A stretch of 64,000 nt of DNA from Escherichia coli (GTDB lineage: Bacteria > Pseudomonadota > Gammaproteobacteria > Enterobacterales > Enterobacteriaceae). Position 1 is the first letter of the stretch; every line of letters begins with the position of its first letter. The stretch lies in NCBI RefSeq assembly GCF_003334255.1, contig NZ_QOWU01000010.1, one strand, 5' to 3'. The translations under genes and the position numbers were made by a program. Of the stretch, positions 45,719-53,307 are shown one piece after another. Below the pieces are notes generated by a model. That model had not been told where the DNA came from. It did not search any database and saw only the letters and a list, made by a program, of their open reading frames with translations.

Positions 45719-46018
45719 ATGAGAACGTATTTATCTGGCTTTACTGCCAGCGGTTATGCACACCCCAAAATTATCCCCGGCGCTATTTATCTGGATAAGA
45801 ACGGTAACAGAGTAACGGTAAAAGAACTGATGTTTGACCGTGTGTATTTTATTCGTGATGGCTATTCATTTCATAGTTCGCTGAACGTGGAGATCTTTAT
45901 TAGCAGATTCCGGCGGGAAATCCCGCTTTCCAGAAATAACCATGTGTCATGTATGGATGTTGATAAAAAACTACAGGAACTGAAAAACATGATTGCCGCG
46001 TGGAGAGAGCAGAAATGA
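45719..46018 (+). CDS. Hypothetical protein, possibly DUF4222-like (99 aa)
   Basis: The core GAIYLDKNGNRVTVKELMFDRVYFIRDGYSF resembles the DUF4222 pattern seen in P4-like islands (recalled from memory). Its stop overlaps the primase start (ATGA). Confidence 0.45.
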   Translation: MRTYLSGFTASGYAHPKIIPGAIYLDKNGNRVTVKELMFDRVYFIRDGYSFHSSLNVEIFISRFRREIPLSRNNHVSCMDVDKKLQELKNMIAAWREQK

Positions 46019-47832
46019 AAAAAGCGCCAAATTTAAAACACCAGCCGCGTGACAAAATGACGGAAGTCATCATTTTTGCGGGTAGTGATGCGTGGGCACA
46101 TGCGAAGCAGTGGCAGGAACAGGACGGGCGACTGGCTGGCGATAACGTGCCACCTGTCTGGCTTGGAGAGCAACAACTTGCCGAACTGGACAACCTGCAA
46201 ATCGTACCGGACGGACGCTATCGCGTGCGTCTCTACCAGGCGGGGTTATTGCGTCCGGGGCTTGTTAATACCATCGGGCAGAAACTGGCAGCGGCAGGTG
46301 TCAGGGATGCTGATTATTACCCTGAAGGAATGCACAGCCAGAAACGGGAGAACTGGCGCGAATATCTGGAACGTGAGCGGGGAGAGCTGGCGGAAAAGAA
46401 AAAGGTAGTTGAACTGCCTGTAAAGAAAAAAGAGCGGGTAAAAGACGATAACGCTTCATCACTGGCGCTTAACCAGATGGGAGCAAGTCAACGCGGCGAA
46501 GTTCTCCTGGCACATTATGGCGGTGAACTGGCGATTCATGCTGACTCTGACACTGTTCACTATTACAACGGCGTTGTATGGGAGCCAGTACAGGATAAAG
46601 AATTACAGCGAGCTATGGCGCAGATTTTCATTGATGCGGAGATCAGCTATTCGCAGAACGCCATTAAATCGGCGGTCGATACCATGAAGTTAAGTTTGCC
46701 TGTAATGGGGAATACAGCCCGTAACCTGATTGGATTCAGTAACGGTGTTTTTGATACCCGGACAGGCGATTTTCGGGAGCATAACAAAAACGACTGGTTG
46801 TTAATTGCCAGTGAATTACCTTTCAGCCCACCAGCAGAGGGGGAAACGCTGGCAACACATGCGCCGAATTTCTGGAAGTGGTTACGCCGTTCGGTGGCTG
46901 AGAATGACCGCAAGGCGGATCGCGTACTGGCTGCATTATTCATGGTGCTGGCGAACCGGTACGACTGGCAGTTATTCATTGAGGTAACAGGTCCAGGGGG
47001 AAGTGGTAAAAGCGTGATGGCGGAGATTTGCACCATGCTGGCGGGTAAGGCCAACACGGTATCGGCAAGCATGAAGGCGCTGGAAGATGCCAGGGAACGC
47101 GCGTTAGTGGTTGGCTTTTCGCTGATTATCATGCCGGATATGACCCGTTACGCTGGTGATGGCGCAGGAATTAAGGCCATTACAGGCGGTGACAAGGTGG
47201 CAATCGACCCGAAGCATAAAGCCCCCTACTCAACACGCATTCAGGCGGTAGTGTTGGCGGTGAACAATAACGCCATGTCATTCAGTGACCGCAGCGGGGG
47301 GATTTCACGTCGTCGGGTGATATTCAATTTTTCGGAGGTTGTACCGGAAAACGAACGCGACCCCATGCTGGCAGAAAAAATAGAAGGAGAGCTGGCGGTT
47401 GTGATTCGCCACCTGCTTACTCGTTTTTCTGACCAGGACGCAGCTAAACGCCTGCTGTATGAGCAGCAGAAATCAGAAGAAGCTCTGGTGATAAAACGCG
47501 AGGGCGATTCGCTGGTGGACTTCTGCGGCTATCTCATGTCGTCGGTAATGTGTGATGGTCTGTTAGTGGGTAATGCCGAAATTATTCCGTTCAGTCCGCG
47601 CAGGTATCTTTATCACGCCTATCTGGCATATATGAGGGCACACGGATTCGGTAAACCTGTAACACTGACGCGCTTCGGTAAAGATATGCCGGGGGCAATG
47701 GCGGAATATGGCAGGGAGTATATGAAACGGAAAACGAAGCACGGTTTGCGTTCAAACGTGACACTGACGGAGGAATCAGAAGACTGGATGCCATCATGTG
47801 TATCGGTCACTAATGACGATAGCAAAAATTAA
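46015..47832 (+). CDS. Replication initiator: primase/helicase of the P4-alpha / D5 NTPase type (PICI pri-rep)
   Basis: About 605 aa with Walker A VTGPGGSGKS and a Walker B-like FSLIIMPDM. The C-terminal half resembles the phage/plasmid primase P4-family domain, and the iteron origin follows immediately. Confidence 0.8.
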   Translation: MKKAPNLKHQPRDKMTEVIIFAGSDAWAHAKQWQEQDGRLAGDNVPPVWLGEQQLAELDNLQIVPDGRYRVRLYQAGLLRPGLVNTIGQKLAAAGVRDADYYPEGMHSQKRENWREYLERERGELAEKKKVVELPVKKKERVKDDNASSLALNQMGASQRGEVLLAHYGGELAIHADSDTVHYYNGVVWEPVQDKELQRAMAQIFIDAEISYSQNAIKSAVDTMKLSLPVMGNTARNLIGFSNGVFDTRTGDFREHNKNDWLLIASELPFSPPAEGETLATHAPNFWKWLRRSVAENDRKADRVLAALFMVLANRYDWQLFIEVTGPGGSGKSVMAEICTMLAGKANTVSASMKALEDARERALVVGFSLIIMPDMTRYAGDGAGIKAITGGDKVAIDPKHKAPYSTRIQAVVLAVNNNAMSFSDRSGGISRRRVIFNFSEVVPENERDPMLAEKIEGELAVVIRHLLTRFSDQDAAKRLLYEQQKSEEALVIKREGDSLVDFCGYLMSSVMCDGLLVGNAEIIPFSPRRYLYHAYLAYMRAHGFGKPVTLTRFGKDMPGAMAEYGREYMKRKTKHGLRSNVTLTEESEDWMPSCVSVTNDDSKN

Positions 47833-47844
47833 ACTTATGGAATA

Positions 47845-48069
47845 ACTGTTCACCACTGTTCACCCTGTCATAAATATCTTTTGTATCAGTATGTTATAGG
47901 GTGAACAGTTATTTATGAACTGTTCACCAAACTATTCACTGTTCACCTTTTTGATTGTTTATTGAGCTTCAAGGGTGAACAGTGGTGAATAGTTGGTGAA
48001 TAGTTTTTGTGAAACTGTTCACCCCTTAACATTATGAATTAAAAGATAAAATATCAAAAGGTGAACAGG
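47845..48069. repeat. Island replication origin: at least 10 copies of the 10-bp iteron ACTGTTCACC in both orientations, plus an AT-rich tract
   Basis: Direct copies start at 47845, 47855, 47919, 47938 and 48014. Inverted copies (GGTGAACAGT/G) start at 47900, 47974 and 48060. Degenerate copies (GGTGAATAGT) start at 47984 and 47995. An AT-rich stretch spans 48030-48058. Confidence 0.8.
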
Positions 48070-48119
48070 TGAAGGGTTAAAACGCAAAAATTTTAATTTA
48101 CTGCTGTGAGATAAAGCCT

Positions 48120-48365
48120 ATGACAGCGAAGCACACAAAAAAATCACAATCGCACGCCCTTGATTTGACGGAACACTGGTTAAGGGTGTCGATAAAAATC
48201 ATCGACCGCAACGCCGGGGAAGGATATGCGAAAGCACATCCCGAACTGATTAGCTCATTCATGACAACGGCAGCTGCAAACTTTGCCACGCTGACAGAAC
48301 GGGAGATTGCCGAAGCGGAACAGGTGACAACCATCAACGTTAAAACCGGAGAGCAGACAGCATGA
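48120..48365 (+). CDS. Hypothetical protein (81 aa)
   Basis: The ORF's stop overlaps the ssb start (ATGA at 48362-48365). I recognise no family. Confidence 0.5.
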   Translation: MTAKHTKKSQSHALDLTEHWLRVSIKIIDRNAGEGYAKAHPELISSFMTTAAANFATLTEREIAEAEQVTTINVKTGEQTA

Positions 48366-48772
48366 CAGCACAGATAGCAGCTTACGGGCGGCTGGTGGAC
48401 GACCCGCAGGTAAAACAGACCAGTAAGGGCACACCGATGACGCTGGCGCGTATGGCGGTATCGTTGCCATGTAGTCAGGCGCAGGATGGGCAGGCGACGT
48501 TATGGCTATCGGTCATCGCATTTGGTAAGCAGGCCGACTTCCTGGCTAAACATCAAAAAGGCGACGTTGCCAGCGTATCCGGCACGATGCAGGTCAGCCA
48601 GTGGACCGGACAGAACGGGGAAACGCGGCAGGGTTATCAGGTTATTGCAGACAGCGTAATCAGTGCCCGTGCGGCACGTCCTGGCGGGAACAGACGCAAA
48701 ACCACAGGCACACAGGGTAATCAGCCACCAGCGGGAGGCGATGACCCTTACGGTGACGGTATTCCGTTCTGA
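48362..48772 (+). CDS. ssb: Single-stranded DNA-binding protein (short, island-encoded)
   Basis: 136 aa with an OB-fold-like N-terminus (AAYGRLVDDPQVKQTSKGTPMTLARMAV), a Gly/Pro/Gln-rich linker and the acidic tip DDPYGDGIPF typical of bacterial and phage SSBs. Confidence 0.75.
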   Translation: MTAQIAAYGRLVDDPQVKQTSKGTPMTLARMAVSLPCSQAQDGQATLWLSVIAFGKQADFLAKHQKGDVASVSGTMQVSQWTGQNGETRQGYQVIADSVISARAARPGGNRRKTTGTQGNQPPAGGDDPYGDGIPF

Positions 48773-48782
48773 GGGGGTGGCG

Positions 48783-49055
48783 ATGGTACATGACCGCATA
48801 GCGGAAGAACTCGAGGCGAAAGGCTTTTACCGGAGGGCGGCGGCGCGATGGGGTGAAGTCATGCTGCTGGTGGAGACAGACAAGGAACGGCATCAGGTTA
48901 CGATGCGACGGCTGGAATGTTCCAGGAAGGCACAGAAGCCACCGGAGCCGCCGGATAACTTCGGAGACCTGAGAAAGGCAGTAGATCGCACTTATGCTGA
49001 AATGGGTATAGATGGTGTAAGCGATGAAATATGGCGTAATTACCCAGACAGCTAA
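48783..49055 (+). CDS. PerC-family transcriptional activator-like protein (90 aa)
   Basis: The internal ATG at 48783 is preceded by GAGGGGG. MVHDRIAEELEAKGFYRRAAARWGEVML matches the PerC/Pch N-terminal pattern (..AE.LE..G.YRRAA.RW..V) as I recall it. Confidence 0.55.
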   Translation: MVHDRIAEELEAKGFYRRAAARWGEVMLLVETDKERHQVTMRRLECSRKAQKPPEPPDNFGDLRKAVDRTYAEMGIDGVSDEIWRNYPDS

Positions 49056-49060
49056 TCAAC

Positions 49061-49085
49061 AGCCGGAGAAATCCGGCTTTTTTTG
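49061..49085 (+). terminator. Rho-independent terminator (copy 1 of a near-identical pair)
   Basis: AGCCGGA-gaaa-TCCGGCT hairpin followed by T8. Confidence 0.85.
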
Positions 49086-49179
49086 CACCAGTTGAAACGG
49101 TATGGCGCATTACCGGGTTTTCGTCACGGTCAGGCATAGTTACTATCTGAAACAAACAGACACAACAGAGGAAAAAACA

Positions 49180-49404
49180 ATGCCGATGAAATTTGATGAG
49201 ATATTAAAACAGCGTGATAAATACCATGCTGACAACATGGAGACGATGAGCATCAATGATTACCGCGCATTCCTGGAGACGGGCGCACTGATTGAAAAGG
49301 ATCAGCATGGTTTTGTGAGATGTGCTCTGTCCGGTGAAATGCTGGCGGTAAATCCTGAACAGATAGATGCATTGATAGAATTTCTGAAAGGGATCAGGGA
49401 CTGA
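49180..49404 (+). CDS. Hypothetical protein (74 aa) in a terminator-bracketed cassette
   Basis: The ATG at 49180 is preceded by GAGGAAAAAA, giving MPMKFDEILKQRDKYHADNMETMSINDYRAF. The gene is flanked by twin terminators. I recognise no family. Confidence 0.5.
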   Translation: MPMKFDEILKQRDKYHADNMETMSINDYRAFLETGALIEKDQHGFVRCALSGEMLAVNPEQIDALIEFLKGIRD

Positions 49405-49414
49405 GCACGCATAC

Positions 49415-49436
49415 AGCCGGAGCAATCCGGCTTTTT
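49415..49436 (+). terminator. Rho-independent terminator (copy 2)
   Basis: AGCCGGA-gcaa-TCCGGCT hairpin followed by T5. It is identical at 23 of 24 positions to the terminator at 49061. Confidence 0.85.
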
Positions 49437-49456
49437 GTCATTTTTTGTAAATTATT

Positions 49457-49484
49457 TGTTCGTGGTTGTTCCACGTTGTTCACT
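49457..49484 (+). promoter_or_regulatory. Internal copy of the island-end motif (TTGTTCGTGGTTGTTCCACGTTGTTCAC) upstream of the capsid operon
   Basis: It shares TTGTTCCACGTTGTT with 56969-56983 and resembles 42326-42350 and, in inverted orientation, 43695-43740. Confidence 0.45.
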
Positions 49485-49558
49485 GACAGGATCGGCATAT
49501 TTTACCCGAACTGAATCATGAGTATTCTCGCCCGTGGTGCCAGGACGCTGGGGCCACT

Positions 49559-49696
49559 TTCCCGCCTGTTAATGTGCTCGCCAATATTCATTACCAGGCG
49601 GGAAAACGATCGGTGCGATTGCTGATTTCCTTATGAAAAACGGTTGAGTTTTTGCCGCGTCCTGGAGTTCCTTACTTAACCCCAGGACTTTTTTTT
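49559..49696 (+). promoter_or_regulatory. Structured leader of the capsid operon: 10-bp stem-loop plus a terminator-like hairpin ending in T8 directly before the capsid ATG
   Basis: TTCCCGCCTG (49559-49568) pairs with CAGGCGGGAA (49595-49604). GTCCTGG (49659-49665) pairs with CCAGGAC (49682-49688) and is followed by T8 (49689-49696). The only SD-like AGGA (49684-49687) lies inside the descending arm. Confidence 0.55.
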
Positions 49697-50854
49697 ATGC
49701 CGAGAATAATCGAATTACGCCAGCAGAAAACCGCCATTAAAAATCAGATGCGCGACATGCTGGAGAACGCGGAAAAAGAAAACCGCAGCCTTAACGATGC
49801 AGAGGGCGCAAAATTTGACGAATTACGCGCTAAAGCTGAATCCCTCGATAAAGACATTTCCCGCCTTGAAGCCATTGCAGACGAAGAGCGCAGCAAGCCA
49901 GGTAAAAGCAGCCAGACCACTGACCCGGCAGAACTCCGCAACTACATCCTGACAGGTGAAACCCGCGCATTAAGTACAGGCGTTCCCGCTGATGGTGGTT
50001 ATACCGTTATCCCCGAACTGAACACCGAAATCATGCGAATGCTGACGGATGAATCCACCATGCGCCGCATCTGTACCGTGAAGAAAATCAGCAGCAACGA
50101 GTTTAAGCAGCTTGTTTCCGCTGGCGGTGCGACCGTTAACCACGGTGAAGAGGGTAAGACACGCGAACAGACCAGCACCCCGCAGATTAACGAGGTGAGC
50201 ATTAAGCTGTATCCGGTCTATGCGTACCCGCGCACCACACAGGAAATCGTGGATTTTTCCGATGTGGACATCCTTTCATGGCTGACGGGTGAGATTGGCG
50301 ACACCTTCACGGAAACCGAAGAAAGCGATCTGGTTGTGGGCGACGGTGACAAAAAAGCAAAAGGTTTTTTATCCGTACCCCGTGCAGAGAAGAACGACAA
50401 AGAGCGTGATTTTGGTACGTTGCAGGTAATTAAACCTTCCGAATCTCTGGCGTGGACATCTGCGGACCCGCTGATCGACCTGAAATTTGCATTACGTAAA
50501 AAATACCGCAAAAACGCGGTCTGGGTGGTTAACTCCACGACGGCGGCAAAACTTCAGAAGGTGAAGAACGCGAACGGTGATTACATCTGGCGCGACCGTT
50601 TACAGGCGGGTGATCCTGATACGTTGCTGGGCCTTCCGGTCGAATATCTGGAGTTTATGCCTGATAACGTTATTGCCCTGGGTGACTTCAAACGCGGTTA
50701 CTACATTGTTGATCACGAAACAGGTGTTCGCACCAGACCGGACAACCTCACAGAGCCGGGCTTCATCAAAATTTTCACGCAGAAATATTTAGGCGGTGGC
50801 GTGGTGGATTCGAACGCGATCAAGATTCTGGAACTGCCACAGGACGACGATTAA
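49697..50854 (+). CDS. Major capsid protein, HK97 fold/family, with an N-terminal coiled-coil (delta/scaffold-like) domain
   Basis: 385 aa from the ATG at 49697 (the track starts at 49652). The N-terminus IELRQQKTAIKNQMRDMLENAEKENRSLNDAEGAKFDELRAKAESLDKDISRLEAI is coiled-coil. The body (..GGYTVIPELNTEI.. YPRTTQEIVDFSDVDILSWL.. GLPVEYLEFMPD..) is typical of HK97-family capsid proteins, and the protease and portal genes are adjacent. Confidence 0.85.
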   Translation: MPRIIELRQQKTAIKNQMRDMLENAEKENRSLNDAEGAKFDELRAKAESLDKDISRLEAIADEERSKPGKSSQTTDPAELRNYILTGETRALSTGVPADGGYTVIPELNTEIMRMLTDESTMRRICTVKKISSNEFKQLVSAGGATVNHGEEGKTREQTSTPQINEVSIKLYPVYAYPRTTQEIVDFSDVDILSWLTGEIGDTFTETEESDLVVGDGDKKAKGFLSVPRAEKNDKERDFGTLQVIKPSESLAWTSADPLIDLKFALRKKYRKNAVWVVNSTTAAKLQKVKNANGDYIWRDRLQAGDPDTLLGLPVEYLEFMPDNVIALGDFKRGYYIVDHETGVRTRPDNLTEPGFIKIFTQKYLGGGVVDSNAIKILELPQDDD

Positions 50855-50864
50855 CAGCATACAG

Positions 50865-50884
50865 AAGGGGCTTAAAAGCCCCTT
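50865..50884 (+). terminator. Hairpin after the capsid gene (attenuator/terminator candidate)
   Basis: AAGGGGC-ttaaaa-GCCCCTT hairpin followed by TAGTGTTTT. Confidence 0.45.
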
Positions 50885-50893
50885 TAGTGTTTT

Positions 50894-51466
50894 ATGGGTG
50901 AAAAAATTATGAAGAGTATGGAAATCCGGTCATCGGAAATCACCACCAGCGCCAGCAACACGCTTACAGGCTACGTTGTTCGCTGGGATAAGCTTTCAGA
51001 GCTGCTATGGGGGGAGTTTTACGAAAAATTCCAGCGGGGAGCGTTTACTGAATGGCTTGCGGCGGGTAATGACGTTCGCGGCCTGTATGAGCATGACCAC
51101 AGCATGTTGCTGGGGCGTACCCGTTCCGGCACGCTGAAACTGGAAGAGGACGAAACAGGGTTACGCTTTGAACTGACCCCACCGGATACCAGTACAGGGC
51201 GCGACGTTATCGAACTGGTTAAGCGTGGGGACATCTCGGGGATGAGCTTTGGCTTTCGCTCCCGTAAGGATGTATGGGATACCACAACAGATCCATGCGT
51301 GCGCACCGTGCTGGTGGCGGAACTGTACGAAATTACCGTTACATCGGTACCGGCTTACCCCGATTCCGGCGTGGAGCTGGCCCGCCGTTCCCTGTATGAG
51401 CAGCACCCCGAAAAAATGCCGCGTGCGGATAATCGCCGCTGGTGGGTGGATTTAGCGGGGGTGTGA
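50894..51466 (+). CDS. Prohead maturation protease, HK97 family
   Basis: 190 aa (alternative start at 50909). The pattern GYVVRWDKLSE..FYEKFQRGAF....DVRGLYEHDHSMLLGRTRSGTLKLEEDETGLRFEL..PDTSTGRDVIELVKRGDISGMSFGF matches HK97 prohead proteases. Confidence 0.85.
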   Translation: MGEKIMKSMEIRSSEITTSASNTLTGYVVRWDKLSELLWGEFYEKFQRGAFTEWLAAGNDVRGLYEHDHSMLLGRTRSGTLKLEEDETGLRFELTPPDTSTGRDVIELVKRGDISGMSFGFRSRKDVWDTTTDPCVRTVLVAELYEITVTSVPAYPDSGVELARRSLYEQHPEKMPRADNRRWWVDLAGV

Positions 51467-51467
51467 T

Positions 51468-52679
51468 ATGTGGCTTTTCAGAAGAAAAAAAGAGCAGCGC
51501 AGCATGACGCTTGATGAATTTATGGCGCTGGCTGGCACATCGAACACGGGGGCGGGTGAGTACGTATCATCGGGGACAGCGGAATCACTGCCCGCCGTCA
51601 TGAACGCCGTGACGGTCATCTCTGAGGCGGTGGCTACCATGCCGTGTTACCTGTACCTGGTACGCAATGAGAAGGGGAAGGAGGCCCGCGAGTGGCTTGA
51701 TTCTCATCCGGTCGATCACATCCTCAACGAGCGCCCGAACGCGTGGCAGACTCCCTACCAGTTTAAGCGAATGATGATCCGCCACTGCCTGTTAAACGGT
51801 AATGCTTATGCGGTGATTCAGTGGGGGCGTGATGGTTTTCCGGTGGCTTTACATCCTTACCCGCCGCAGTCGGTGAACGTGGAGCAGACAGGCGAACACA
51901 ACTGGCGCTACTGCATCACTGACGCCTACACCGGAAACACCCGCAACTATTTACCGTGGGAGGTTCTCCACCTTCGTTACTCCACGGATGACGGTTTTAT
52001 GGGGCGCTCACCTGTAACCATCTGCCGCGAATCGCTGGGGCTTGGGCTGGCCCAACAACGCCACGGCGCGAGCGTGATGCGTGATGGCATGATGGCGGCA
52101 GGGGTTATCACGTCAGGCGAATGGCTGGACGGCGTGAAGGGCAAACAGGCATTAGCCGCACTGGAACGCTACAAAGGGGCCAGAAACGCCGGAAAAACGC
52201 CCATCCTTGAAGGGGGTATGAGCTATCAGCAGCTGGGCATGAGTAATCAGGATGCTGAATGGCTGGCCTCCCGTCGCTTCACCATTGAAGACATCGCCCG
52301 AATGTTCAACGTCTCGCCGATTTTTCTGCAGGAATACAGCAACAGCACCTACAGCAATTTCAGCGAGGCAAGCCGCGCATTTCTCACCATGACAATGCGC
52401 CCGTGGCTGGCGAACTTTGAGCAGCAGATAAAAAACGCCCTGCTGGTGGCCTCGCCTGTACCTGGTATCCGGTATCAGGTGGAGTTTGACAGCGCGGACC
52501 TGTTACGGGCCACACCTGGCGAACGCTTTGCCACCTATGAACGCGGCATCAAATCCGGCGTTATGTGCCCGAACGAAGCCCGCGAACGTGAAGGGCTGTC
52601 CCCGCGTGATGGTGGTGATGAGTTCAGCCAGGCATGGAAACAGGAAGTAAAAATCAGCGAGGGAGAAAAACCGGAATGA
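51468..52679 (+). CDS. Portal protein, HK97 family
   Basis: 403 aa. The conserved core (..NAYAVIQWG..G..L.P..P..V....DDGFMGRSPV....E..GLGLA......S.M..G......)  and the gene's position next to the protease fit HK97-family portals. Confidence 0.85.
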   Translation: MWLFRRKKEQRSMTLDEFMALAGTSNTGAGEYVSSGTAESLPAVMNAVTVISEAVATMPCYLYLVRNEKGKEAREWLDSHPVDHILNERPNAWQTPYQFKRMMIRHCLLNGNAYAVIQWGRDGFPVALHPYPPQSVNVEQTGEHNWRYCITDAYTGNTRNYLPWEVLHLRYSTDDGFMGRSPVTICRESLGLGLAQQRHGASVMRDGMMAAGVITSGEWLDGVKGKQALAALERYKGARNAGKTPILEGGMSYQQLGMSNQDAEWLASRRFTIEDIARMFNVSPIFLQEYSNSTYSNFSEASRAFLTMTMRPWLANFEQQIKNALLVASPVPGIRYQVEFDSADLLRATPGERFATYERGIKSGVMCPNEAREREGLSPRDGGDEFSQAWKQEVKISEGEKPE

Positions 52680-53014
52680 ACATAGGGCGACTGCGTGACA
52701 GGGTAACGATTCAGACCCTGAAACAGACCAGGGATATAACCGGCGAAATACTCGAAACGTGGGAGGACGGTCACACACTCTGGGCAAGCGTGAACATGAT
52801 CAGCAGCAAGGAGGCCATTTCATCGGGTGCAGAGCTGGCGATTGGTACCGTAAGGATCTGGATACGGTACCGGAAGGACATCAATGCCACCAGCCGGATA
52901 AAGGTCAGTACGGGGCCGCTGGCGGGGCGTGTACTGAATATCATCGGGCAGCCGCTGCCGGATGCCGCCAGGACACGCCTTGAAATTCTTTGTCGTGAGG
53001 GCGCGGAAAAATGA
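52676..53014 (+). CDS. Head-tail joining / head-closure protein (SPP1 gp16-like, PF05521-type)
   Basis: 112 aa from the ATG at 52676, which overlaps the portal stop. The RLRDRVTIQ...G.....W.....WA.V...S..E.......A.....I.IRYR.DI pattern is typical of this family. Confidence 0.65.
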   Translation: MNIGRLRDRVTIQTLKQTRDITGEILETWEDGHTLWASVNMISSKEAISSGAELAIGTVRIWIRYRKDINATSRIKVSTGPLAGRVLNIIGQPLPDAARTRLEILCREGAEK

Positions 53015-53307
53015 CAGAAGAACTTATCACCCTGGAAGAAGTGAAACTCCATTGCCGCATCGATGGCGACGAGGAAGACCAGTTAATCAGCGGATACATC
53101 GCCGCATCGCTTGAGGCGTGCCAGATACACATAGGCAGGCGCTTTGATGACGGGCTGGAGTTCACGCCAGCCATAAAGATTGGCTGCATGATGTTTATCG
53201 CTCACCTGTATGAAAATCGCCAGATTGTCGCGGATAACGCAAAAACACGCGTACCCATGACGATTGGTGCACTCTGGACGGCTTACCGTGATGTGGGGGT
53301 GTACTGA
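53011..53307 (+). CDS. gp6-like head-tail connector / DNA-packaging protein
   Basis: 98 aa. The N-terminus ITLEEVKLHCRIDGDEEDQLISGYIAASLEACQIHIGR matches the Phage_connect_1-type signature. The gene is 4-nt coupled to its neighbours. Confidence 0.65.
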   Translation: MTEELITLEEVKLHCRIDGDEEDQLISGYIAASLEACQIHIGRRFDDGLEFTPAIKIGCMMFIAHLYENRQIVADNAKTRVPMTIGALWTAYRDVGVY

